Shown: positions 41,545-54,394, counted from the stretch's first letter. The stretch is DNA of 64,000 nt from Octopus vulgaris (GCA_951406725.2 OX597818.1:26226001-26290000); one strand, 5' to 3'. Translations and numbers: made by a program. Notes: generated by a model from the letters alone, not told the origin.

Positions 41545-42605
41545 AATAATCCTTTCTACTAAAGACACAAGGCCCGAAATTTTATGGGTAGGGGATAGTC
41601 GATTACATCAATCCCAGTGCTCGATTGATACTTATTTCATTGATCCTGAAAGGATGCAAAGCAAAATCGACTTCACTGGAGTTTGAGTTCAGAATGTAAA
41701 AACAGACAAAATGCCACAAAGCATTTTGTCTGGTACAGTAATGATTCTGCCAGCTCACCACCTTAATAATGATTTCATATTTTAGCACAAGGCCAGCAAT
41801 TTTATGAGAGGGTTAAGTCAATTACACCAATCCCAGTATTCAACTGGTACTTATTTTATTGACCCTGGAAGACTGAAAGGCAAAGTTGTCCTCAGTGGCA
41901 TTTGAACTCAGAATGTAAAGCTGGAAGAGATGCTGCAAAGCACTGTGTACAGCACAGTGACAATTCTACCAGCTCAATGCCTTAATAATAATAAAAATAA
42001 TCCTTTCTATTAAAGGCACAAGACCTGCAATTTGGCAAGGAGGGGACTAGTTGATTACATCAACCCTAGTGTTTCATTGGAAACATCCTTGAGCAATAGT
42101 AATAATAATTTCTAATTTTGGCACCAGGTCAACAATTTTAAGAGGAGAGGATTAGATGATTACGTCAACCCCAGTGCTCAACTGATACTTATTTTATCAA
42201 CCCTGAAAGGATAAAAGGCAAAGTTCACCTTGGCAGAATTTAAACTCAGCTGGAAGAAATGCAGCTAAATAGAATTTTGTCCAGTATAGTAACAATTCTG
42301 CTAGCTCACTGCTTTCATAATAATAATGATGATGATTTCTTTTATTGGTAACAAGGGCCCAAGACATTGAAGACAATATCAAGGGATGCAATACAACACC
42401 CAAAAAAGTAGGGTTTGCATCAATCAAAACAAGACACAACAACAAAGATAGCAATTTTGAAGGAAGGGAGCTTAGCTGATTACATCAACCCCAGTACTTG
42501 ACTGGTACTTTATTTTATTAACACTGAAAGGATGAAAGGCAAAGTTGATCTTGATTACAGAATGTAAAGAACCAGAACAAATACTGTAAGGCATTGTCCA
42601 GTGCT
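41545..42605 (-). mobile_element. head-to-tail cluster of about five SINE family A copies
   Basis: recurrent GATTACATCAA-CCCAGT..ACTGGTACTTATTT..GAAAGGATGAAAGGCAAAGT units separated by (TAA)n. Confidence 0.85.
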
Positions 42606-43704
42606 CTGGGTTTATTTTAATTGTTTTTTTGTGACATCAAAATTGATATTTTTGGAAGAAAGGAAAGACAACAGTATGATGTTCAAATTCTTTCCATAAT
42701 ATTTCTCAGGTCTTCTGTTAACATTGCTAAGATTATTATAATAAACGTTCTATTATTCGAATTGCTCAACTGGTGAAAAGCAGGAAATACTTTACAATAC
42801 TATAGATATCAGATCTGCAATCTCAAGATTGTAGCTTGGTAAAAGTAATCAGCTGTAGATAGCAATGCTTTACAAAAGAAAAAAGAACATATACACATAA
42901 TACAGTCGGTCCTGCTATATCTGCAAAAGCTTGTCTCAGTACCCCCAAGATCCCTTGACATAAATATCCATTGATATCTATATATCTATGAATATATAAT
43001 TTCCAAACCATAGGTACCAGATCCTGAAAACTGCAGAAAAGTAACTTTGTTGCTTACAAGTGGAGTAGGTACTGCATCTAATAATATTTACTTGTATACA
43101 TTTAATGAAGCCTAAATGTGGCCTAGTGGTTAAAGTGTCAGGCTCAGGATCATAAGGTTGTTGGGTTGATTCCAAAACTGGACCAGCATTTTGTATCCTC
43201 CAGCAAGGCACTTGCTGCTCCAATCAGCTCAACTGAAAATATGTACCAACCTAGTGCTGGTGCAGCCCTTTTTCACTCCAGTTGTTACAATCTTCCACTG
43301 GATCAAAGGCATCTGTGTCTTCTTGTGACTATATAGGCACCTAAAATGGTTCAAGAAAGCATGGTGCATGCTACTAGGCCATACTCACTTGCTTGTGACT
43401 GTTTGCTTTTTGGTTTTGACATTATACAACTCTTATACTATGTAAATTTCTTACTTTTCTCCTCAAGCTTTCAAAGACAATTTGTTAAACCAATTTTAAG
43501 TATGATATATCATAACCTTATTCCAGATTTGATTTCTAAATGCAATTTAAATGAACTGCTCCCAATCAAGTGACAAGTATCAGGTAACACAGACCTTCCC
43601 TTTCATATTTGTCTTGCTAAACCTCTACACCAGTCACCACCCCTTTCTCTTTCAGTTTGAGGGGATTATTTTGATTTCTGAGATATTAGCACTACTTGGC
43701 TTCA

Positions 43705-44055
43705 TCCTCATCGTCATTAACATTTAATGTCGGTTTTCCATGCTGGCATGGGTTGGACAGCTTGACAGGAACTGGCAAGGCCAGGGACCATAGTAGGTTC
43801 CATAGTCTGTTTTGGCTTGGTTTCTATGGCTGGATGCCCTTCCTATACTGGGTACTTTTGACATGGCACCATCACCAGTGCCTTTTACATAGCACCAACA
43901 CTCACACCAATACTTTTCGTGCGAACCTTGGTTTTAAGATCTCAATTTTGTTGGGGTGGACGGGCCTTTTTCAAGTACAGCAATGCACCACATAACTCAG
44001 TCCTCAGTTATATCCTTTGTAAGGTTCAGTATTTTGAGATCAGCATTCAATACTT
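43705..44055 (-). mobile_element. RTE 3' tail fragment
   Basis: TTTCCATGCTGGCATGGGTTGGACAG..GGATGCCCTTCCTA; similar tails at 26110, 39019, 46015, 47350, 59138 (minus) and 57520 (plus). Confidence 0.8.
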
Positions 44056-44189
44056 CAAATAAAGGGGGGTGAGAAAGCAGGTGGAAACATTCTTAATGAG
44101 ATAACAAGAAGTCCTAAAACAGATTGATGAAAAAAAAAATTAAATTATAATTAATAATTATTAGTAAGAATCAACATTCATATAAATTA

Positions 44190-44366
<177 letters not shown>

Positions 44367-44455
44367 TTAATTAATCAAAATAGTATTAAAATTGGATTTC
44401 TTATAAGTGCACACATAGAACACAACTGTTCTCCCTTTCTCTCTCTATACATGCA

Positions 44456-44490
<35 letters not shown>

Positions 44491-44896
44491 AATAAATACA
44501 CACACACCTACATACATTATTTGCCATAATGGTTAAAAATAAATTTGGTAAATACAGGAACTAAATATGACTAGCATTTTATATATATATCATCATTTAA
44601 CGTCTGTTTTTGATGCTAGAATAAATATGTAAATAAGTAACAAGGATGTACAGGTGTCAATACATTAGGGCTGTTCAAGCAGCTCCATTTAACTGATCAA
44701 TGAAAGCATTACATCAATTTGAAAGAAACCGCTCTCTTCAGATGCAGATGACCATATAGATTTCAAACAAAGGGTAAACCACTTTTAACAAATTTACATC
44801 AATAATAGAAACCAAAGTAATTACATTGTTTCCTTATGTTATATCTGTGGCAGAATGAGTTTAGAAAATAATGCATATCTTAAGTCTACTATATCT

Positions 44897-44928
<32 letters not shown>

Positions 44929-44930
44929 TA

Positions 44931-45617
44931 AGGGGTGCAGAAAAGTTCCTGACATTAAGGGTATTGTGAAAGGCCTGGTTGGAGGCCCAACCTCCTGAAT
45001 CCTTTTACAGAGCTAAGAAAGACTGAAGGGCTACTGCGATAAGTGTGTGAATCTGAGATAGGAATATCATCATCATTTAACGTCCGCTTTCCATGTTAGC
45101 ATGGGTTGGACGATTTGACTGAGGACTGGCGAACCAGATGGCTGCACCAGGCTCCAATCTGATCTGGCAGAGTTTCTACAGCTGGATGCCCTTCCTAAAA
45201 TCAACCACTCCGAGAGTGTAGTGGGTGCTTTTACGTGCCACCGGCACGAGGGCCAGTCTGGTGGTACTGGCAACGGCCACACTCAAATGGTGCTTTTTAC
45301 ATGCTACCTGCACAGGAGTCAGTCCAGCAACGACCTCGCTCAAATGTTTTGGTCACATGCCTCCGGCACAAGTACCAGTAAGGCAACGCAGGTAACGATC
45401 ACGCTCAAATGGTACTTTTTACGTGCCACCGACACAGAAGCCAGACAGCTGCTCTGGCAGTGATCCCACTCAGATGGAGCTGTTAGCGCTCCACTGGCAC
45501 GGGTGCCAGTCATCGAATTTGGTTCAAATTACGATCATGTTGAATAAAATCATAATTAACTGATCCTCCTGTATTTTCTTTTACTCAAAGCCAGGAATGT
45601 TTTAGCACCTGCCTTGT
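44931..45617. mobile_element. mariner-type MITE interrupted by an RTE 3' UTR insertion (45067-45536, minus)
   Basis: the two halves match the uninterrupted copy at 53820-54029 in opposite orientation. Confidence 0.8.
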
Positions 45618-46317
45618 ATATATCACATGTCAGTACGATTTTATTTTTTAAATATGGATTTACATTAATACTGCTGATGAAATCAACATTTGCAATATAA
45701 TTAATATTAAACTATAATCTCATCTAGTTTCTATTTTTGCAAAATTAATTTTTAATATTTATGCCAGATAGCATTATTAGACTTAACAAAATAAAATGTC
45801 TTTCCTTTCTTTTTCTTTTTTTTTTTCAAATAGTAGGGATTGAGTTGAGAGAAATAGGTTGCTATTTCTAGCAAGCTGAATGACTACAAAGAAGCTCTAT
45901 TCATATCTTATGCTAGTTAATATGGTCGGGACATGTATTTACTATGAAATGCCTATCTTAAGTGATGCAATACAACAATAGATGAAATATAATAATACAT
46001 GAGGTGACTGCATCATTGTTATCAAAATCTTTCTTACGTCTGCTTCCTATGCTAGCATGGGTTAGTCAGAGTCACTTCCCATTGGGAGCCAGTGCTCCTA
46101 AAAACATGGTACTTGTGTGTTTGTGCCATGTGACTTAGTTTCTCTGGCTGGATGTCGTCCTTAATGCCAACAACTTTACAGAGAGTACTGGATGGCACCA
46201 ACATCCAATGCTTTCATCAGTGACATGACATAATCGTTGAAGTAAATGCTTTTACAACCAAATACCCTTCTTTCCTTACCCAGTCGCTCATAGTCTTTTA
46301 GGAGTCCAATTCTTAAA

Positions 46318-46543
46318 TACCTTTAGCACTTAAACTGGCCATACCTAGTCTAAATATTCTACCTGTTTTACGTTCAAACCAGCCAGATCTGGCCTCTTAC
46401 ATCTACCCTACAATGTCATTCAAAAAATATACAACCACATGATCAAAATTTCAAAGCTATGAGATAATGTATGATTATTTTCTAAATAATATGAATAAAT
46501 AAGCATCACATTTGACAAAATAATCTGAATGCTAAGAGGTTAA
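46318..46543. mobile_element. TTAA-ended MITE family 2 (piggyBac-like termini)
   Basis: ends ..AATGCTAAGAGGTTAA; copies at ~33350-33531, 58271-58492, 61051-61279. Confidence 0.7.
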
Positions 46544-46553
46544 AATATCTGGA

Positions 46554-46740
46554 TTGAATTTCTGAACCTATGTGACTGTTTTTAGAAAATTTGAATTCCT
46601 GAACCTATGTGACTGTTTTTAGAAAATTTGAATTCCTGAACCTATGTGACTGTTTTTAGAAAATTTGAATTCCTGAACCTATGTAACTGTATTTTAGAAA
46701 ATTTGAATTCCTGAACCTATGTGGCTGTATTTTAGAAAAT
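46554..46740. repeat. 37-bp minisatellite, 5 copies
   Basis: TTGAATTCCTGAACCTATGTGACTGTTTTTAGAAAAT repeated head to tail, followed by (GATAT)n. Confidence 0.97.
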
Positions 46741-46892
46741 TAATATGATATGATATATGATATGATATATTGTCATTTAAAAAATTAATATTAAAACTAA
46801 AAACAATAACTGAGTTTACTTTTCCAAATTGTAGCTCCAAATGTTAATCACTGACATTACTAGCACAAATCTGAAATAGAAATTTTACTTAC

Positions 46893-46980
46893 TATAATGC
46901 ATAATTCCTAGCTGCAGTTGACCTTCAGCCCAGCCTTGTTCAGCAGCCAAAGTGAAATACTTTAAGGCATTAATGTAATC
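46893..46980 (-). CDS. SEL1L: SEL1L exon
   Basis: aaccag|GAT...A|gtaagt; DYINALKYFTLAAEQGWAEGQLQLGIMHY. Confidence 0.95.
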
Positions 46981-48241
46981 CTGGTTTAGAAAATAAAGGA
47001 TTTTGTATAGCTTTGCAGTGAAGAAGTGATCAAGAACTAAAACTTGGTTACTATAGTAGTTGCAATAAAATTATGAACTATACATTCTGGATTAGTAAAA
47101 CAAAATTAGTATCATACTTACAGAATATCAAATATAAAAGAAAAACCCACCCCAAATGTTATGTTTCCTCCTCACAACCAGAAAACTTTTCAGTTTGTTA
47201 ACCTGTGACAAAGCATATGTGGAACCCATATTAAAGTACTGCTTACATATTAGAGATCAAGCTGTTGCCTGCAATGCATCCAATCATTCCAAAACAACTA
47301 CCTGATGTGTAAATTTTCACTCTTTAACACACTAAAACCATTGGCCTACATTGTTTGATGTCCTCTTTCCATGCTGTCACAGGTTGGATGGTCTGACATG
47401 GAGCTGTCCTTACTCCAACTGTCTGTTGTGGCAATAGTTTCTACAGGTGGATGCCCTTCTTAACATCAAACACTTAACAGCGTGCTGGGTGCCTTTTATG
47501 TGCCACCGTAATGGGTGTGTTTATGCAGCACCAGCACAGGTGTGTTAACACAGCACCAGCATGGGTGCTTTTTAAGTGGTATCAGCATCTGAAAGGGCAA
47601 GCCTGTATGTGTGGAAGACAGTGATTTTACTTAACTTGACATGTCTTATCCATTTCCTTCATGAGGCCCAGCAACCAAAGATAAATATTTTTCTTCTTCT
47701 ATTTCAACTATGTTTCCAACACCTCTGAACTATCAATTCATCTGATGAACATACTTTCCTCAACTGTTTCTCACTTATTACAAACCCCATGATATACAAT
47801 TTTACTAGTTCTTTCTCCTTAGGGTAGACAAATCATGGGCAAGGAACTACTTTCCTTATTCACATTTTCCCTACAAACATCAACATCAGCAATTTGAGAG
47901 ATTCTGCAAAACTATGAGTAATGCTATATTCAGAAAAATAATACAAAAACTTAACAAATCTAGTCAATAATGTCAATTGATCCTGAATGGATATATTAGC
48001 TATTTTCTTTAAATGAAATTATGTAAAACTTAAATCATCTATTCAAATGATCTCCAGTTTAAAATATGGTACACAGAACATTCCTTGAATAAAATGCTTG
48101 AGTCAGTTTTAATAAAATCAATAATTAAGAGAAGAAATGACTCTGAATATCCAGAGAAAGCAAATTTTAGAACACTTTCTGAGAAATTTATTCACACAGT
48201 AAAAATGGATTTTGGCAAAAATGTAAGTAAGAATTCTTTAC

Positions 48242-48304
48242 CTTTTCAACACCTTGTCCTCGAAGATACATCAGTCCTAATCCACACTGTCCAACTGCAT
48301 TGCC
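48242..48304 (-). CDS. SEL1L: SEL1L exon
   Basis: ttgtag|GGC...AAG|gtaaag; GNAVGQCGLGLMYLRGQGVEK. Confidence 0.95.
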
Positions 48305-48766
48305 CTACAAATACAATAAATGAAATGGTTTCTTATTAAAAACAATGGAATACAAATTATATTACAAACTTTGGATAGTAATATAGTTTTTAATTGTATT
48401 AGTTTCATAATCCATGTCAGACTGAAATTTCTGATTTACTCCATTTAGATTAATATACAAAATTTAACAAAACAAATAACCAAGAGTAGATTATAAAAAA
48501 AATTTCAGTTGTCATATTTAAAAAGATGTTTTAAATGCTTCTTTCTTATACAAGTCATTTATTGATGCTCTCATAGCTAAGTTAGAAATAAAAACAAAAG
48601 AATAATCTTAGACTATTGAAAAGTTATTACATTTTTTAAAAATTCTCTTATCAGTAAGTCTGCTTAGATTCTATCTACATAAATTAAGTACACTTTTGAA
48701 ATGACATACCATTTTTAAAGATTAATTTCAATAATAAGAAAATAATTGAAAAGCTAAAATACTTAC

Positions 48767-48844
48767 TTTTTCAGCAGCTTTTTTGAAGTAACTTATAGCA
48801 GTTTCATTGTTTTGCTTTACTACAGGACTACCTTCTGAATACAT
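48767..48844 (-). CDS. SEL1L: SEL1L exon
   Basis: ttccag|ATG...AAA|gtaagt; MYSEGSPVVKQNNETAISYFKKAAEK. Confidence 0.95.
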
Positions 48845-48901
48845 CTGGAACAATTAGAATGCAGATTACAATAAATTACTTTCAATATTATAATACTACA
48901 A

Positions 48902-49130
48902 GGCGGCAAGCTGGCAGAATCATTAGCACACCAGGCAAAATGCTTAGTGGTATTTCGTCTGCTGTTACATTCTGAGTTCAAATTCTGCCAAGGTCAACTT
49001 TGCCTTTCATCCTTTCGGTGTCAATTAAATAAGTACCGGTTATGCACTGGGGATTGATGTAACTGACTTAATCCCTTTGTCCTTGTTCGTCCCCTCTATG
49101 ATTAGCTCCTTATGGACAATAAAGAAATAA
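48902..49130 (+). mobile_element. SINE family A with TSD
   Basis: ATA(T/C)TATAATACTACAA on both sides. Confidence 0.88.
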
Positions 49131-49199
49131 ATACTATAATACTACAAATTTTTGCCTGTTTTTTATGAAATATAAAAATTTAACTAAAGTGTAAAGAGC

Positions 49200-49522
49200 C
49201 CCTGTGATCATGAATGACCATGGGATTGCACCTAGAAAGTTCCCCTCCAAGGCACAAATCCAGGCAAGGTTGTTTATGAAAGACCAGCAGTTACCCATGC
49301 ATACCAGCCTTCCCTCTCTATGTCACCGATGTTATCCAAGGGAAGGCAAAGGCCAAAACAGCTTGGCACCAATGACATTGCAACGCATTTCTACAGCTGA
49401 GTGAACTGGAGCAGCATGAAACAAGGTGTCTTGCTCAAGAACACAACACACAGCTCAGTCCAGGAATAAAGCTCACTACCGCATGATTGTGAACCTGACG
49501 CTCTAACCACTGAGCCATGCAC
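49200..49522 (-). mobile_element. tRNA-derived CORE-like SINE
   Basis: minus strand TGGCTCAGTGGTTAGAGCGTCAGGTTCACAATC head, TGTGTTCTTGAGCAAGACACC core. Confidence 0.8.
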
Positions 49523-49636
49523 CTTTAAAAATGTAACTACTGAAATAGAAATTTTTCTTTGATTGTAAAATGGGGGAGGGGGGGTAAATATTTTAAATAA
49601 ATATTTACACACTGGTTTTAATCACTAATTTCCACC

Positions 49637-50160
49637 GTTCTACATTTAAGAGATGAGGAATTATGTACATTATTTACATTTGACAGATATTTGTCCTCAT
49701 CTTGTTTGTTGCTAACACGTCTCAGCTGATATACCCTCCAGCCTTCATCAGATGTCTTGGGGAAATTTCGAACCTGGGTTCTTGTTCCTAAGGTATTTTT
49801 CAACGTTATTATTATTATTATTATTATTATTCAGGTCACTGCCTGGAATCGAACTTGTAATCTTAGGGTTAGCAGACCACGTTCTTAACCACTATGCCAT
49901 ATGCCTGTGGGCTTATTATGGCATATGGCATAGTGGTTAAGAGTACGGGCTACTAACCCCAAGATTCCAAGTTCGATTCCAAGCAGTGACATGAATAATA
50001 ATAATAATAATGATAACATCAAAAAATACCTCAGGAATGAGAACCTAGGTTCGAAATTTCCCAAAGACACCTAATGGAGGTTGGAGAGTATATCAGCCAA
50101 AACGTTGCGTTAACAACAAACAAGATGAGGACAAATATCTGTCAAAATGTAAATAATGTG
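49637..50160. mobile_element. palindromic twin tRNA-headed element with hammerhead-like tails
   Basis: arms ~49667-49905 and 49920-50159 are inverted copies; 12-bp direct repeat CTAATTTCCACC at 49625-49636 and 50161-50172. Confidence 0.85.
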
Positions 50161-50266
50161 CTAATTTCCACCTTTGAATTTAATGCTCAATTAAGAAAAA
50201 GTGATTTTTCTTGCATATCATCAATGATTCCTCTATATGTTTTAAAATGATGCATTCAGGTAACTC

Positions 50267-50319
<53 letters not shown>

Positions 50320-50349
50320 GTGTATATATGCATATATGATATATATGTG

Positions 50350-50816
50350 TAGCCAAGTGGAATCATAGTTGTGGTGCTTGTGAAGCTCCATCAACCCAAG
50401 TGAAATCATAGTTGTGGCCATTGTTGGTGTCATGTAACTGGTGGCACATAAAAAGCACTTTTTGAGCATTGGGCTTCACGGAGACAATGTGGCCGATGCT
50501 GGTGTCGCAGAACTAGCAACCATGCTGGTGGCACATAAAAAGCACCTTTTGAGTACTGAGCCTCACAGAAGTCATGACAGGTGACTGAGACCTTTGGCAA
50601 TATGCTGTGCTTGAGAAGGAAGAGCGATCAAGCTGGGTGAAACCATAGTTGTGGCAGATACTGGTGTCACATAACTGACACCTGTGCTGGTGGCATGTAA
50701 AAGCACCCATTTCACTCTCAGTGTTGTAGGCGTTTGGAAGGGCATCCAACTTACCAGTCCTGGTCAAACCATCCAACCCATGCCTGCATGGACAACAGAT
50801 GTTAAATGATGATGAT
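50350..50816 (+). mobile_element. RTE 3' end, decayed and rearranged
   Basis: GGTGGCACATAAAAAGCAC repeat units and (GAT)n tail. Confidence 0.75.
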
Positions 50817-50972
50817 GCTGATGGTGTGTGTTAGGATGTATACAGTAGTCAACAGTGAAAAGAATGGTTTATATATAAGGATGAGGATGAATGATAATTA
50901 TGACAATGAGGGCAACAAAGACTACTTCCAAAAGTGCTTTGCATATAAAGATAGAAAAAAATTTTAACTAAC

Positions 50973-51041
50973 CTTTCCAAGAAATGCCAAAGCTAAAGCA
51001 TTTCCTGATTCAGCAGCCATAAGAAAGTAGTGCAAAGCACG
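50973..51041 (-). CDS. SEL1L: SEL1L exon
   Basis: ttgtag|CGT...AAG|gttagt; RALHYFLMAAESGNALALAFLGK. Confidence 0.93.
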
Positions 51042-51183
51042 CTACAAATGCAAATGCAAAAATGTATGAATATTTGTTAAAATAAAAACAAAAAGTTGAA
51101 ATCATTCTTTCCCTCATTAATAACATTCTTCAGAATCAAGTCAAACTTCAATTTTTAGTAACCAACTACTGAAAGCATTCATT

Positions 51184-51720
51184 TTAGATTCTGTGATACC
51201 GGTGACAACATTCTAATAAACATATACTCAATAACTTCCCATAAACTTTAATTTAGTTAGGGTGTGATTGGTTAAAGTCTACCACACACATTTTCATGTG
51301 CCTTATCACCACTCTTCTTATTTCTACATATCAAGTTAAAGAAATAGTAGCACTACCAGATCACAGATGAATAGGTTTCATTCAAAGAGGTATCCAGATA
51401 GAATAAAAACACTTTCCTGGAAATCAAGTATGAGTTAGAATTTTCAGAAAATCCAACCCAATTACTATACAAAGATTTATATATTTTTTTCTCGTATACC
51501 ACAGTGAAAGATTTGTAACACAAAATACATCTGGTAGTGCTACTATTTCTTTAACTTGATATGTAGAAATAAGAAGAGTGGTGATAAGGCACATGAAAAT
51601 GTGTGTGGTAGACTTTGAACTCAGCACCTTAACCAATCACACCCTAACTAAATTAAAGTTTATGGGAAGTTATTGAGTATATGTTTATTAGAATGTTGTC
51701 ACCAGTATCACAGAATCTAA
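51184..51720. repeat. near-perfect inverted repeat, arms 51184-51361 and 51529-51720
   Basis: arms are reverse complements apart from a 14-nt indel and about one substitution; 167-nt spacer. Confidence 0.95.
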
Positions 51721-51977
51721 TCATAATAAATATGTAGTTAAATATAATTTCAACTATAATGGACATTGTTGCAATGTCATCACAAATAAACTAGACTTTG
51801 AAAAGAAAACCACTAGATTACTTAGATTAGATTTCATTTTCTCTTGACACACCTGCACACTCACTTTATATGGTCTCTGAGAAATTAGTTGTAGTTATGC
51901 TTGTTCAAAGTATTAAAGAGCAACTCAGTTAAGAATTTAAATTTTACATAAACACAAAATAATTTTGTAAGCTTTAC

Positions 51978-52034
51978 CTCATGGTTGATTTCAACTCCTC
52001 GACCACCTTGATAATACAGTTGTCCAAGTACAAC
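51978..52034 (-). CDS. SEL1L: SEL1L exon
   Basis: atgaag|GTT...GAG|gtaaag; VVLGQLYYQGGRGVEINHE. Confidence 0.93.
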
Positions 52035-52713
52035 CTTCATGAAATAAGAAAGAATATCTTATAGACATTGAAAATATGGAGGTGATATGGTTATCTGGCC
52101 TGCCTAGGAGGACAATTACTCTGAATAAGAATTGATTCAGCCCATGATGACCCATCCAACCCATGGAAAATAAATATAAAATTAAGGTTTTTGACTGAGT
52201 CCAACAATCTGCAGTCTGATAGAGATTGAAAAAAGCTGTCCAGGAAATGTCTAAATACACTAAAAGCAAGTTAAAAGTCAGCAGTGAATCAAAGAGGAAT
52301 TTTGTGGGTGTTCATCAAGGCTTGATCCTCAACCCTTTATACTCTATCCTAGTCCCTGAAGCAACAGAGTACAAACCAAGTTTATGTACAGAGATTATGT
52401 ACATTAATAACCCTTTCCATTGCTAAGAAAGTTGTTGAACATGCAATTTCATGATCAATGTAAATTAAAACAGACACCAATTATAAATTATATCTAATAC
52501 ATCTAGATACTCTTTTAACTTGAGTATGAATGTGTGTGTGTGTGCCTGCATGCATGCAAGTATGTATGTACATACGTACATATGCATTTGAGTACTAACA
52601 GCTTGCCTATGGATTGTTTGATTGTGAGCCAAATAAACTATTTTGTATTACAATGATATTTTATTCCAAAGTAAATTCTAAAAAGCTTTTTCTGAGGGAT
52701 AATCTAAATATTA

Positions 52714-52953
<240 letters not shown>

Positions 52954-53819
52954 TTAATAAATAAGGATTAAGATTTTACAAAGTATAGAGCATTTTATTG
53001 TTTCTTTAAAACAAGAAATATAATAAAAGAGATTATTTTCAGAACAAGTATCTATAAGAATTTATGTATTTAGATATTTATGGAAAGCATTTTCTTGGTT
53101 CAAGCCTTAGTTCTAGGTTGCTGCCATACTATGTGTACACTTGGTTCACCATATTCCTTAAGCCACACCTTTACGAGATGATATATGAGCTGACCACCAT
53201 CAACCTCTAATGAAGCTATGATCAATGGTGGATGGGATTTGTTTTATCACAAACCAAACCATACAATATATTTTCAAAGATGGGAAGGAAATCTACTTTT
53301 TCTTTATAATATTTAATCAGAGAGACAAAATTGAAGTCTATAGAAAGCAAAAAGCAAATGAATCCACCCCACCCTGCATTTTTTCTATCTATTTTTCTCC
53401 CTGTTTGTCTATTTATTTATCTACCTAATTTACAAAAAAAAATTTTTTTAGTTTGAAAAAACACTGAACTCATGAATTTAGCAAAGCACTGAAGAGACCC
53501 AGCTGAGACAAAACATATGTGACAAAAAGTCTTTTTCTTTGTTTTTTATTTAAAGTTCTGCAGTTCAGTTTTAATTATTACTGTTATGAAATAAATGAAC
53601 AAGATTTTCTTCCACTTATTAAAATAAAATAAATGAACCAATTAATTGCTAGATTTACAAACCAATATATCAATAAATGAGTAATAAACATTGTTTTGAT
53701 TATACTTATTCATTTCAATAAAGATCACTGGTTTATTAAGATCATTTTATTTTTTTGTTGTTCTAAAAAACAATAAATTTAAATTATGCCACTTTACCCT
53801 ACTGCAATACAAGAGCATA

Positions 53820-54029
53820 TATGAGGGGGGGTGGTGCTGAAAAGTTCTTGGCTCTGGGTAAAACAAAATACAGGAGACTCAGTTAATTTTGATTTTATTC
53901 AACATATTCCTCTCTCAGATTCATACACTTATTGCTGTAGTCCTTCAGTTTTTCTAAGTTCTATAAAAGAACTCAGCCAGGTCTTTTGCAATACCATTAA
54001 AGCCAAAAACTTTTCAGCATCTCTTCGTA
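53820..54029. mobile_element. mariner-type MITE
   Basis: TA-flanked, GCTGAAAAGTT / AACTTTTCAGC inverted ends. Confidence 0.8.
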
Positions 54030-54289
54030 TGAGCTCACTCAACCTGCAAGAATCAACATCCAAATCTTCCTCAATCACATTCTATTGTTTTTAAAAACAG
54101 ATGCATTAGACAATAATTGGAATTTTGTGAATGGCAAATAGCTTCTGGTAAGTAGATTAATGTAATAAGATCTAAACATGTGACATACATATATTCAGCA
54201 GTCTAGCACTATGAACTCACAACCAATGCATCTAAATAATTAACAAACAAAAAAAAAAAAGAAAAGCCACATATAAGGTAAAGTTACTA

Positions 54290-54394
<105 letters not shown>

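Noticed and set aside
45223-45510. Repeat-spacer-like pattern resembling CRISPR
   Set aside because: Part of the RTE 3' UTR; the intervening segments are related to each other.
46554-46740. CRISPR-like 37-bp repeats
   Set aside because: No spacers, no cas genes, eukaryotic intron; a plain minisatellite.
49920-49995. Functional tRNA gene
   Set aside because: A and B boxes are present but acceptor and T stems are degenerate, the two arms disagree at the anticodon, and it is embedded in a TSD-flanked repeat; same for other SINE heads.
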